From Planctomycetota bacterium (lineage in GTDB: Bacteria; Planctomycetota; JACOTG01; JAJDCM01), in NCBI GenBank assembly GCA_029260825.1, contig JAJDCM010000176.1, positions 1 to 45,618 on the forward strand: a stretch of DNA of 45,618 bases. The letters run 5' to 3'. The notes below the pieces were generated by a model. The model was not told the DNA's origin and searched no databases. It was given only the letters and a program-made list of their open reading frames with translations. A program made the position numbers and the translations under genes. Shown here in pieces: positions 1 through 9,119 of the stretch (its first letter is position 1; the number at the start of each line of letters is the position of its first letter).

Positions 1-475
1 CTGGCCTGGCGTTTTTGACAGCCAAGGAGAGATCTTTCAAGTTGCACTCCATGGCTTTTTTGATCCACGCTTTCTCGGTGGCAGATTCCGCAACGCGGAC
101 TATGAGCCTTAGCTGAACCGAAATGACTTGCCCTCGGCAGAAAGCACTTTATCAACGGACTGTCTAGGGAGCAGCCCGTTGAGAGTTGTCCAAGGACTCA
201 ATTCCAGGGATCATTCCCATCTTTCTTGTGTTCGAATCTCCAGATGCCTCGTGATCGGTTAGTTACCCACACGAAATCGTGAAGCGCCGTAAAAAGATCT
301 CTCTCGATTTTTCTCTTCTCAATTCTTCCGCTCCCGGCGCGTCTCAAGTGGGCCGAATCATCAAGCGCCGCCAGTCCGAATTCGATTCGGAACTGGCACA
401 AAGAGAATGATATCGCTCGGGGGAGGGTCTCCCGAGGAACAGGCTCGTTGGACACCAGACACAGGGGAATTCTTC

Positions 476-1447
476 ATGAAGCATCTTCGTCTCACAGCGA
501 TTCTCGTAGTACTCGCCGGTTCAGGCTTTCTTTCTATGGCCTTCCAAGCGGACCACGCCTCCGCCACAGGCAGCTCAGTTAGCGGTAGTGGCACTACCGG
601 TCGAATTCCTAAGTTCATCGGAGCAAGCTGCGTCGAAAACTCCATCCTTCGAGAACAAGAGTTCGGAACAGGAACCAACATGGGCGTCGGGAGCGTACAT
701 CGATTAGTAAAGCTACTAGTCGCCGGAGGGCGTTTCGCCGTGAACGGGATGGAGGACGGCCCCTTTGGAATCCTCATTGCCAACCAAAACGGACCGGGTC
801 CCATCGTTACATTTAGCAAAGACAGTGGGACCGACATAAAATTTACAATCGACAACAATGGCAACGTGGGTATCGGGACGACGATGCCCGAAAGAAAACT
901 CCATCTGAACGAGGGTGCATTTCACATCAGCAAGCTCTCGAGTGTTCGAGAGGTCGATTTCGATATTGGTGTTGCGTGCGGAGACGGAGCCATTGAATTC
1001 AATGTTCAAAACGACACGAACGCCCTGCGGATCAGTACAGACGCAGACAACGGGAGAAAGGGCTACGTTGGCTTCGGTTCAGGGGTCATTCCAATCCATC
1101 CGATCCACATGAGAAGCGGTGCTCACTGCACAGCTGGCGGAACCTGGACGAATGCCTCCTCACGAGAACTGAAAGACAACATCCGTGACCTGAGCCTTGA
1201 CGAAGCCATCGATTCCCTGGGGAATCTCGCGCCGAAGAAGTTCACCTACAAAGCGGACAAGACCGAAGAATACGTGGGTTTCATTGCAGAGGAGGTTCCT
1301 GACCTCGTGGCAACGAAAGACCGCAAGGGCCTCGCTTCGATGGATATCGTCGGCGTCCTAACAAAGGTTGTTCAGGCACAGCAAGAGGAACTCGGGCTTC
1401 TCAAAATTCGGCTCGCGTCGCTCGAGAAGAGCCACATTTCCGAATAG
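476..1447 (+). CDS. Secreted Gly-rich protein with C-terminal peptidase S74 intramolecular chaperone (tail-fibre/endosialidase-type auto-processing) domain
   Basis: ORF 407..1447 was trimmed to the ATG at 476, where the signal peptide MKHLRLTAILVVLAGSGFLSMAF begins. The C-terminal 110 aa (SSRELKDNIRDLSLDEAIDSLGNLAPKKFTYKADKTEEYVGFIAEEVPDLV...MDIVGVLTKVVQAQQEEL) match the Peptidase_S74 chaperone consensus (S-x-R-LK-NI ... YxYK.D ... GFIAQEV). The middle region is Gly/Asn-rich (NGNVGIGTT). Confidence 0.6.
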   Translation: MKHLRLTAILVVLAGSGFLSMAFQADHASATGSSVSGSGTTGRIPKFIGASCVENSILREQEFGTGTNMGVGSVHRLVKLLVAGGRFAVNGMEDGPFGILIANQNGPGPIVTFSKDSGTDIKFTIDNNGNVGIGTTMPERKLHLNEGAFHISKLSSVREVDFDIGVACGDGAIEFNVQNDTNALRISTDADNGRKGYVGFGSGVIPIHPIHMRSGAHCTAGGTWTNASSRELKDNIRDLSLDEAIDSLGNLAPKKFTYKADKTEEYVGFIAEEVPDLVATKDRKGLASMDIVGVLTKVVQAQQEELGLLKIRLASLEKSHISE

Positions 1448-1462
1448 ATGGTTCGAACAACG

Positions 1463-1490
1463 GGGAGCTGGAGTCATCGCTCCGGCTCCC
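1463..1490. terminator. Imperfect 11-bp hairpin between convergent genes (candidate terminator)
   Basis: gggagctggag-tcatcg-ctccggctccc forms one stem with a single mismatch. It lies in the 93-nt gap between the + gene ending at 1447 and the - gene ending at 1541. There is no T-tract. Confidence 0.3.
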
Positions 1491-1540
1491 AGCCAATTCT
1501 GTCCGCATCAGTAAACTTACAAAGCGTGACATCGACAAAC

Positions 1541-3184
1541 CTACGACTTCCCCAGAATCTCCCCGTAAGCCATCTGATCCTCATACATGCGCAAAAAGAC
1601 CTTATGCTTCTTTTCGTGATACTCCTTCACCTTGCCCCGCTCGGGCTCAATCACCTTCTCGACCCGGCTCATTGCACCCATCGCTGAAATAAGATCGGGC
1701 TGATCGCCTGCCGCGACCGCGCCGAGCATTGCCGAACCCAAAAGAACTGCTTCCGGTTCCGATGGGAGCAAGACATCGCACCCGGTTATGTTGGCGTGCT
1801 CTCGCAAGAAGACCGGATTCTTGGTCCCTCCGCCGCAAGCAAAGATGCTGGAAATGCTATAGCCACCACGGGTCATCTCTTCCAAGATGTGCCGGGTTCC
1901 GTGAGCGATTGCCTGGATGGTTGCAAGATAGAGAACCGCCAGAGAATCAATCGTATCGGTAAGCTTGAGCCCACTCACCATTCCACGAAGATTGGGGTTT
2001 GCCCTCGGAGATCGGTTGCCATGAAAGTAGGGAAGAACGTGCACCTCCTCGGTGAGAAGGGCCTGGAAACTCTTTCCCGAAGCCAGCTCATCAAGCCGGT
2101 CATTGAGCAGGTCATAGACCGTTCCCCCTCTCTCCTTGGCCTCGGCAACAAGCTCTCTTCCACGCACATGAGAAAAAATGACGTGGTCGATGAGGGCACC
2201 GGTTGCCGATTGCCCCCCTTCGGTGAGCCAGAGCCCGGGAACCATCGCCGAATAGTAAGGCCCCCAAACCCCCGGAACGTTCCGCGGACTCCTGGACACC
2301 GCCATATGACAGCTTGACGTCCCGCCGATCAGGGCCAGTCTCTCGCCAAGAGTCTCGTCGGTTGGCAAGACACCGTTGATCGGGGCGCCCACGAGTCCAA
2401 TCCCACCGGCGTGAGCATCGATGATCGACACCGATACGGGTGTCCCGGGCAAGAGACCAAGATCATCGGCGGCCTCCCTGGTGAGCCCACTTCCAACCGC
2501 TTCTCCCATGGGACGCACTCTCCTGCCGATTCGCAAGAACCCATTCTCACAAAGATCGGAGAGTCCGGCTTCCAGGAAGAAGCTTTCATCCCACCGGTCT
2601 TCATGACCAACGTAGGTCCATTTGCAAACCGTGGTACAGAGCGAACGCACATCCACCCCGGTTGCTCGATAAACCATGAAATCCGGTAGATCGAGAAACA
2701 AAGCACTACGCTTCCACGTTTCTGGAAGGTTCTCCTTCAACCACAAGAGCTTTGGGCTTTGCATCTCGGGAGACATCACCCCACCGACAGACTCAAGAAC
2801 CCGGTGCCCGGTCAGATTGATTCGATCCGCCTGCTCCACCGCACGGTGATCCATCCACACGATCACGTTTTGCTCGTCCTCCCCGCTCGGGCTCACCGTT
2901 ACCGGAGAATCCGCCTCGTCCAGAGCAACAAGAGAACAGGTTCCGTCAAATCCAATCCCCCGGATCGAAGAAGGAGAGACATCCGCCTCCAGAACAACAA
3001 GCTTCACAACCTTGCAACAAGCTGCCCAGATATCCGAACTTGATTGCTCGACGAAGTCCTCTTGCGGTCGCCAGATCTTGATCTCATGAGATGCCTGGCC
3101 AAGCCGTTTCCCGGATGGATCAAAGAGTCCGGCACGAACGCTTCCCGTTCCCACATCGACGCCGAGGTAGCAGGGATCCGTCAT
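1541..3184 (-). CDS. FGGY-family pentulose (ribulo-/xylulo-) kinase
   Basis: 547 aa. The N-terminus [17 protein letters not shown] is the FGGY kinase motif, and GxGD and other FGGY N- and C-domain signatures are present. ATG at 3184 has a GGGAGGG SD 8 nt upstream. The start lies 3 nt from the upstream isomerase stop. Confidence 0.75.
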   Translation of the reverse strand: MTDPCYLGVDVGTGSVRAGLFDPSGKRLGQASHEIKIWRPQEDFVEQSSSDIWAACCKVVKLVVLEADVSPSSIRGIGFDGTCSLVALDEADSPVTVSPSGEDEQNVIVWMDHRAVEQADRINLTGHRVLESVGGVMSPEMQSPKLLWLKENLPETWKRSALFLDLPDFMVYRATGVDVRSLCTTVCKWTYVGHEDRWDESFFLEAGLSDLCENGFLRIGRRVRPMGEAVGSGLTREAADDLGLLPGTPVSVSIIDAHAGGIGLVGAPINGVLPTDETLGERLALIGGTSSCHMAVSRSPRNVPGVWGPYYSAMVPGLWLTEGGQSATGALIDHVIFSHVRGRELVAEAKERGGTVYDLLNDRLDELASGKSFQALLTEEVHVLPYFHGNRSPRANPNLRGMVSGLKLTDTIDSLAVLYLATIQAIAHGTRHILEEMTRGGYSISSIFACGGGTKNPVFLREHANITGCDVLLPSEPEAVLLGSAMLGAVAAGDQPDLISAMGAMSRVEKVIEPERGKVKEYHEKKHKVFLRMYEDQMAYGEILGKS

Positions 3185-3187
3185 CGA

Positions 3188-4705
3188 CTAGACCCTCCCA
3201 AGAATCCGCACCTTGAAACCAAGCTCCCGAGAAAGGGCCGCCATCTCCGAAAAAATGTCACCGTAGGCGACCGCGATGTGATTCGACATGTAGTGAGCCA
3301 TGATCGTCTCTCGAGAAGCAAAGAGATCGGCCGCCATGAAAGGCCATTGCCGTGTCGTTCCCTGCCACCAGGCTTCCCGCTTTTCCTCCGGGAGCTTCAC
3401 CACCTCTCCCTTCCCGATGTCCATCCAGAGTTCTTCGCCAAGGATGTACGCCCTAGCCCAGGTGATTTCGCCAGGTAGACTCTCCCCGGCAAACGTACCC
3501 CCGGCATGGGGAAAATACTGCTTGGGTTGACGGTAGGAGTGGACGCCACTCAAGCTTTCCGGGTCGTGATTGAACGCAAACCCGCCACAAGAACCGGAAT
3601 TCAAGAGCACCCAAAGAAACCTTCCGTCATGCTCTCCTCCCCATCGCACATCGTGGAACATCACCGCCTGATGAAGCCCCTTCCTCTTCAAGAGTCGCTT
3701 CATCAGCTCCATCGGAACGAGGTTTCCCTGATCGGCTTCAGTAGCCGTGGCAATCGTATCTCCGTTGGACTCGGGCCGGCACACCGAATTGAAGAGCCCC
3801 TCCGCAAAATCAGAAGGAGGCCGAAGAGGAAGAAGTCCGAGCTGATATTGCCAGCCCAGGCAATCCGCCTTGAATTCAGTGAGAAGGTCGGCAACGGCAA
3901 GATAGTCCCGAAGCTGCTCTTTCGTGGAATCCGCGGAAAAATCCTCGGCTTCGGGCGCGCCGTAATGGAAGGTGACTCCCTTGTCGTTCACATACTTGAA
4001 GGCATCATCAATACGCTTCTGGTCGATCGATTTTCCTCGCTCGAGGATCCAGGCCTGGTCAACCTTGTGTTCGGTGAACCCCACGGGATAAAGAAGACGA
4101 GATCCGAAGTAACCGTTGATCATCCCCATCGAGGTATCCCCCAGCATGAGCATGAGCACACGTCGCCTTCGAATCTCCTCGGCTACCGAGTTCGCGATGG
4201 CAGACGCATCGCTCGAGATCGCCGCTTCAAAAGAGATTTCGTCCTCCGGGTAATCAATATTACCCGAGGAACACCACTGGGAAAGATTCTCCATGAACCG
4301 CTCATCCCTGCACCAATCTTCGACGTCGGTCCAGACTCGAGAAAACTCCCGGCCCACACTTGCGAGACATGCCCCCGTATTCAAAAGACCGACCAGTCCT
4401 GGCCACTTGCCGGAGAAGTTGCTAGCAAGCAAAAGCGGGTTGTCCTTCCCCACGACTCCATCGGTGGTGTGGGGACCATAAAACCAATGCACACACATTC
4501 CGATCAGGGGATCATCGATGGGAGTAAGCTTCTCGATCGCTTCATGCGGTTTGGTGAGAAACCCCTCGACCCGATAAGGAACCTTTCCCAGCTCTCTCAG
4601 AGCCCTCTCCATCTGGAGAGTGGCTTCCGTGATGCTCGGCCTGGCCGATTCATTGGGTTTTGTGCGGTAATCACCGGGCCAAAACAGGGCAATTCGCTGA
4701 GACAT
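3188..4705 (-). CDS. L-fucose/L-arabinose isomerase family-like sugar isomerase (tentative)
   Basis: About 505 aa. It sits directly upstream of and is co-oriented with the FGGY kinase, a typical isomerase-kinase pairing. Start re-assigned to the ATG at 4705 (MSQRIALFWPGDYR), which has a GGGGGAG SD; the track start at 4732 is a TTG. Family assignment is from overall similarity and is tentative. Confidence 0.45.
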   Translation of the reverse strand: MSQRIALFWPGDYRTKPNESARPSITEATLQMERALRELGKVPYRVEGFLTKPHEAIEKLTPIDDPLIGMCVHWFYGPHTTDGVVGKDNPLLLASNFSGKWPGLVGLLNTGACLASVGREFSRVWTDVEDWCRDERFMENLSQWCSSGNIDYPEDEISFEAAISSDASAIANSVAEEIRRRRVLMLMLGDTSMGMINGYFGSRLLYPVGFTEHKVDQAWILERGKSIDQKRIDDAFKYVNDKGVTFHYGAPEAEDFSADSTKEQLRDYLAVADLLTEFKADCLGWQYQLGLLPLRPPSDFAEGLFNSVCRPESNGDTIATATEADQGNLVPMELMKRLLKRKGLHQAVMFHDVRWGGEHDGRFLWVLLNSGSCGGFAFNHDPESLSGVHSYRQPKQYFPHAGGTFAGESLPGEITWARAYILGEELWMDIGKGEVVKLPEEKREAWWQGTTRQWPFMAADLFASRETIMAHYMSNHIAVAYGDIFSEMAALSRELGFKVRILGRV

Positions 4706-4807
4706 GGCGGGCAGGCTCCCCCTGGCAAACAATTCGTCCGATGCCCGCGATCACACGCCGAGCAGGGCTCGAGAATAAGGAATGAGGGATCCCGATTCAA
4801 CGCCATG

Positions 4808-6538
4808 CTACTTTTGGCTCGGATCAACCCCCATCACATCAAAGAGGGTCACCCTCACCGCCCCCTCGGGACGATAGCTCAAGACGATCTCGGCGCTCCC
4901 GTCGCCGTCAAAATCGCCGGTCTCAAAGCCGGTGAACTCCATCTTCTCCCGATCAGAGAGAGCAACGCTCCCGTCCGGATTTCGACCCCGTGTCAGAGCG
5001 GCAACCCGACGCTCGGCCAGCCCTCCCATCCACAGAAGTACGTCTTCCAGTTCCCAGGTGCTTCTCTTGTCCTCGAACAGGATCTCTCGAAGAGATTCAT
5101 CTCCATCGCCGTCCGACTCATCCGCCGAGCCTGTGCTTCGAAACACATCGATTCGATCCGCATCCTCCGATAGAAGCGCCAGATCTTCTTTCCCGTCTCC
5201 ATCAAAATCCCCACCCAGCTGCTTTCGAAACTTCTTTCCCATGTATTCAATCCGCTGAACGAGGGCTTGAGGGTCTTTCAAGATGCTGAGAATCGGAGGA
5301 AACCGGAGCGCGGTTTCCTTCTTCCACGTAGGAGCCTTGTCAAACTCCCGGCCGTTCGTATTGCGATAGCCCGCCGCCGAGAAAGAAAGATCCCAGCTGC
5401 TGACGAACCCAAGAACAAAGGTGGTCACCGAAGGGACTTCAACCTTGATCAGAAGGAGGTCGGGTCGGGTGTCCTTATCCAGATGAAGAAGAGTAAGCGC
5501 CGTTACATCCTCCACCGACCGAAGAATGAACGAAGGTTTCGTGAACTGGGGCCCGGCCTTGGTTCCGTGGAAGATCCAGATCTTTCTTCGATGAGCGATT
5601 ACATAATCCAGAATCCCATCATCATCCAGATCCCGGCTCTCGAAACTCCGTCGATCTCCCATCGAAGCGATCTGGCCCGGAGCGATCGCGGACTTCGGGG
5701 TGGTGTCCCGAAAGATCGAAAGATCGAGGGAAACATCCGGCTTTCCAGGAATCGATCCGTCCTCGCGCTGGAGGTGCCAGGACCGGATATCGTCCTGTCG
5801 AATCTGCAGGTCGAGCCGACCATCTCCGTTGACGTCTTTGGTGGTGAGGTTCGGGATGGAAAAGTCGCTGCGTAAGCTCTTGTTCAGGGAAGACATTCCT
5901 CGACTGGACTGAGAATTCAGACGGACCGCCGCCTTCGCCACCCGACGGAAACGCGGAAGACCCAATCCGTCTTTCTCCTCCGATTCGTCCGGTCCTTGAT
6001 TCAACCAGAGCTCACAAAAGCCCGGGGTCGGAACCACGATATCCGGCCGGCCATCCTCGTTGACATCCTGCACGATATTGGAGCGAATGGGCCCACCAAC
6101 CCGCAAGTTGAACCGAGCGCGGGAAGTCAAGAGATGCCCTTTCCCGGAAAAATCCCCCCGGTCATCCGGACGAAACACTCGCAACCCGCCCGGCGACAAC
6201 ACGAGCAACTGCTTCTTTGCCCCCTCGAAAAAAGAGCCGGTTGCGATGAGCGATCGTTCCGGGTCAGCAAGCTGAAGCTTCCCCCTGGGCGCCGGATCAA
6301 GACTGGCTCCCGAGGTCCCGTGATAAGAAAGAACCCGCCCATCTTTCGCAAACACGACGAGCTCGTCCCTTCCGTCCCCATCAAAGTCAGCCACCATGTG
6401 ATCCGAGATCGGATAATCCGGAATCAACGAGGTGCCTCTCTTCATCCCACCCACCGTCTGAGCTAGCCCAGCGTGGGTAAGAAGCAAAACAACAAGGAGC
6501 CCAAGAGCTCTGTAGCCGCTCACCATGTTCATCCTCAT
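4808..6538 (-). CDS. Secreted FG-GAP/VCBS-repeat beta-propeller protein
   Basis: Signal peptide MRMNMVSGYRALGLLVVLLLTHAGLAQ. Repeated DxDGDG motifs (DFDGDGRDELVV, DVNEDGRPDIVV, DVNGDGRLDL, DLDDDGILDYVI, DFDGDGKEDLALL, DFDGDGSAEIVL). Its ATG overlaps the upstream stop as ATGA at 6535-6538. Confidence 0.7.
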   Translation of the reverse strand: MRMNMVSGYRALGLLVVLLLTHAGLAQTVGGMKRGTSLIPDYPISDHMVADFDGDGRDELVVFAKDGRVLSYHGTSGASLDPAPRGKLQLADPERSLIATGSFFEGAKKQLLVLSPGGLRVFRPDDRGDFSGKGHLLTSRARFNLRVGGPIRSNIVQDVNEDGRPDIVVPTPGFCELWLNQGPDESEEKDGLGLPRFRRVAKAAVRLNSQSSRGMSSLNKSLRSDFSIPNLTTKDVNGDGRLDLQIRQDDIRSWHLQREDGSIPGKPDVSLDLSIFRDTTPKSAIAPGQIASMGDRRSFESRDLDDDGILDYVIAHRRKIWIFHGTKAGPQFTKPSFILRSVEDVTALTLLHLDKDTRPDLLLIKVEVPSVTTFVLGFVSSWDLSFSAAGYRNTNGREFDKAPTWKKETALRFPPILSILKDPQALVQRIEYMGKKFRKQLGGDFDGDGKEDLALLSEDADRIDVFRSTGSADESDGDGDESLREILFEDKRSTWELEDVLLWMGGLAERRVAALTRGRNPDGSVALSDREKMEFTGFETGDFDGDGSAEIVLSYRPEGAVRVTLFDVMGVDPSQK

Positions 6539-8130
6539 CGAAACCTCACGTGTAACACCTGATGATCTTCCAGCACCAAAAACTCACGGTTCTTTGAGAC
6601 TTCGACATCGGGAAGCTCAACGTTTGCCTCTTCATCGATGTTCAGTTCCCAGAGGGGTCGATCCACAAGAGAGAGTTCCCCCTTCCTTTGACGAATCATG
6701 AACACCGAGAGATGATCCTTCGAAGTCCGAAGCAACAGCTCGGCAACACCATCTCCGGTCACATCTCCAAGAAAGTGAGTCGTTTTCGTATCTCCTTCGG
6801 GACTCATCTGAATGCTATGGATGAAATCGGGCCTCCTGGAAAAGACTTCGCCCCGCTTACTCTTTTCTCCCCTCTTTCCCTGATTGAGATAGACTGAAAT
6901 CTCTCCGCTGACCGAATCAGAAGAAGAGTTTCGGAGCTGCTCGATCAGATCGGTTCGAAGCGTCACGATCAGAAGATCTTTTGCACCGTCACCATCCACG
7001 TCCGGAAAGCTGGGAGGTGCGACGATGCCCGTCAACACAAGCAATTGATCGGGACGACCCTTCTCCCCGAAAAGTCCTTTTTCTGGAGAATTCCGAAAAA
7101 TGAGAACCTGGGTGCGTAGGTTCTTCTTGCTCTTATCTCCGGCAAAGATGACGCAATCCGCCCGGCCGTCTTGATTGAAATCCACCGCGTGACTGCTGTA
7201 GGAAATGTCCAGAGTCCTCTCTTGATTGAGAGGCACCGGACTGAGGAGACTCTCTCCGGGTAACTCATTATATTGGCCCTCCTGACTGAGCGGCCACACA
7301 TGAAGACGGGTCGTTGTCTGTGCCAGAAGATCAAGGTCTCCGTCAGCGTCCCAGTCCAGAAAAAAGGGAGCCGGAACGACATCCTCAATTCGCACAAGAT
7401 TCCGGGTTGCTTCATCCTGTCGCCCGGGCAACCCGAGCATCAACTCGAACCGTCCTTGGCCACCCCCCGTTTGTACCGGGCCTTTTCCCCCCGCACGAAA
7501 CCCAGCCCGACGATCCTCGGGGATCTGAATCGTACTGACAGCTTGAAAGAACGCCCCCGCCTCCGCACTTCGTCCTTGAACGGCGATCCGATACCCTCCC
7601 GTCTCGGGAAGCATCAGGTCATCAAGACCATCCCCGTTCACGTCTCTTGCCGCATCCCAGAAGAAGACTTCATCCACATCCGGGACCTGCCAGAGAAGTT
7701 CGGCAGAAAAAAGTTTCTTGAACCTCTCTTTCTCCGAACCCTTCGGTCGCCACACAAAGACTCCTCGGGGCGAAAACAGCACAACTTCCCGGCCGGCGTC
7801 CTCATGAACATCAGCAATAGAAAACGCTACAACATCCGGAGTCAGGCTGAGCGTATGGTCAGGAGCCTGACGAAAACATTCCCGCACAGACTTTGAACCT
7901 TGCAGCCGATGATGAATACGAAGACTTCGACCATTCGTTTTCAGATCGAGGGCCGAGATCACAAGGTCGACGTTCCCGTCTCCTGAAACATCGCGCAAGA
8001 CCGCCTCGGCCACTTCCACATCTGGAGACAGCTGAATTCTTGTTACCCGCCCCAGGCGACTCTGTGCCCTCCCCGTCTCGGAAGCAGAGGTCAGCAGGAA
8101 AAGAAAGATCAGGATCGAAAGTCGATTCAT
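6535..8130 (-). CDS. Secreted FG-GAP-repeat beta-propeller protein
   Basis: Start re-assigned to the ATG at 8130 (MNRLSILIFLFLLTSASETGRAQ signal peptide) with a GGAGAGG SD. FG-GAP motifs are present (DVSGDGNVDLVI, DVNGDGLDDLML, DWDADGDLDLL, DFNQDGRADCVIF, DVDGDGAKDLLIV, DVTGDGVAELLL). ATGA overlap with the PDZ gene stop at 8127-8130. Confidence 0.7.
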   Translation of the reverse strand: MNRLSILIFLFLLTSASETGRAQSRLGRVTRIQLSPDVEVAEAVLRDVSGDGNVDLVISALDLKTNGRSLRIHHRLQGSKSVRECFRQAPDHTLSLTPDVVAFSIADVHEDAGREVVLFSPRGVFVWRPKGSEKERFKKLFSAELLWQVPDVDEVFFWDAARDVNGDGLDDLMLPETGGYRIAVQGRSAEAGAFFQAVSTIQIPEDRRAGFRAGGKGPVQTGGGQGRFELMLGLPGRQDEATRNLVRIEDVVPAPFFLDWDADGDLDLLAQTTTRLHVWPLSQEGQYNELPGESLLSPVPLNQERTLDISYSSHAVDFNQDGRADCVIFAGDKSKKNLRTQVLIFRNSPEKGLFGEKGRPDQLLVLTGIVAPPSFPDVDGDGAKDLLIVTLRTDLIEQLRNSSSDSVSGEISVYLNQGKRGEKSKRGEVFSRRPDFIHSIQMSPEGDTKTTHFLGDVTGDGVAELLLRTSKDHLSVFMIRQRKGELSLVDRPLWELNIDEEANVELPDVEVSKNREFLVLEDHQVLHVRFR

Positions 8131-9119
8131 GGCTTTGACCTCTCCTGCTCCGAGACCGCTACCTCGGCCAAACGGTCCGAATCTCCTCCACCAAACGTGA
8201 TGAACCACAGGAGACGCACCTTCCAGGCTGCCTCGGTGGACTCGACTCCAAACAGCCCCAACAGGAGGGAGAGCTGACTCCGATCCGGGTCATTCGAGTA
8301 GGAGAAGATCAGAGGAATGGTGAAATCTGAAAGCTCCTGGGCACGGCTCGAAACCACCGCCGAAATCTGATGCTTCTCCCCCTCCCGGTACAGGGTCAAG
8401 AGAAGCTCGGCCTTCTCGTCCGCCGCCCGAATTTCGTCAAGAAGAGCCTGGGGGTCGTCAATGCTTCGATCATCAACGTGGGAGATGAGATCTCCAAACC
8501 GAATCCCGGCCATTCGAAAAGGACTCGACAGAGAAAGACCGACCACCACCGCCCCCGCTCCCGGCGCAAGGCCAACTCGCCGGGATTCGACTTCGGTAGG
8601 GGTTCGCACGACAACTCCAACTCGTTGCTCCTCCCGGATCCGCTCCACCTCTTCCCGATCAGGAAGACGAAGCCGATCCGTGATGGCAAGCTCGGTTTCA
8701 TGCTCCACCCCGCCCCGGTCATAGACAACCCGAAGCTTTTTCCCGGCCCCCGATTCCAGCTCAAGCTTTCGCCACTGACTCTTCCACGCAAGAGCAATCG
8801 GTTCCTTCCCCGAGGGAATCACCTCGAGCAGGACATCCCCGACCGCCAATCCAGCGGCCATCGCCGGAGAATTCTCGACAATCCGGTCGACGATCAGCCC
8901 TTCCGGATCACCCACGAGCTGGTCCAGGGTCTTTCGAGCATCCTCGACATAAATCCCGGTGAACCCGCCCCGGGGCAGTTTCTCTCGCAACGCCTCGTCA
9001 TCCGGTTCGACGAAGGCTTCAAGAGGCTCCTCCAGATCGCGCAAGGGGGGCGATTCGATGGGAATAGAACTACAGCCGAAGACCAGGAGCGAGCTGATCA
9101 AGATAATTAGCCATCTCAA
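8127..9119 (-). CDS. PDZ-domain periplasmic (lipo)protein
   Basis: Two PDZ-like segments (IVENSPAMAAGLAVGDVLLEV; RMAGIRFGDLISHVDDRSIDD). The likely start is TTG at 9119-9117, giving MRWLIILISSLLVFGC (signal/lipobox-like). A GGAGGAGG SD sits 8 nt upstream. The TTG overlaps the ABC gene TGA as 'TTGA'. The alternative ATG at 9176 would add 19 aa with no signal features. Confidence 0.55.
   Translation of the reverse strand: MRWLIILISSLLVFGCSSIPIESPPLRDLEEPLEAFVEPDDEALREKLPRGGFTGIYVEDARKTLDQLVGDPEGLIVDRIVENSPAMAAGLAVGDVLLEVIPSGKEPIALAWKSQWRKLELESGAGKKLRVVYDRGGVEHETELAITDRLRLPDREEVERIREEQRVGVVVRTPTEVESRRVGLAPGAGAVVVGLSLSSPFRMAGIRFGDLISHVDDRSIDDPQALLDEIRAADEKAELLLTLYREGEKHQISAVVSSRAQELSDFTIPLIFSYSNDPDRSQLSLLLGLFGVESTEAAWKVRLLWFITFGGGDSDRLAEVAVSEQERSKP

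Noticed and set aside
407-475. N-terminal extensions implied by the ORF-track starts. Other cases are at 4732, 8208, 9176, 10975, 12484, 12994, 17983 and 42568
   Set aside because: Checking codons shows that many track 'M' residues are TTG or GTG. Internal ATGs with signal peptides and/or SD motifs fit much better, so I trimmed the coordinates accordingly.
3506-5173. 555-aa ORF on the + strand
   Set aside because: It is entirely antisense to the isomerase and FG-GAP genes. It has no recognisable motifs and a low-complexity, Arg/Pro/Gly-rich translation typical of high-GC antisense frames.
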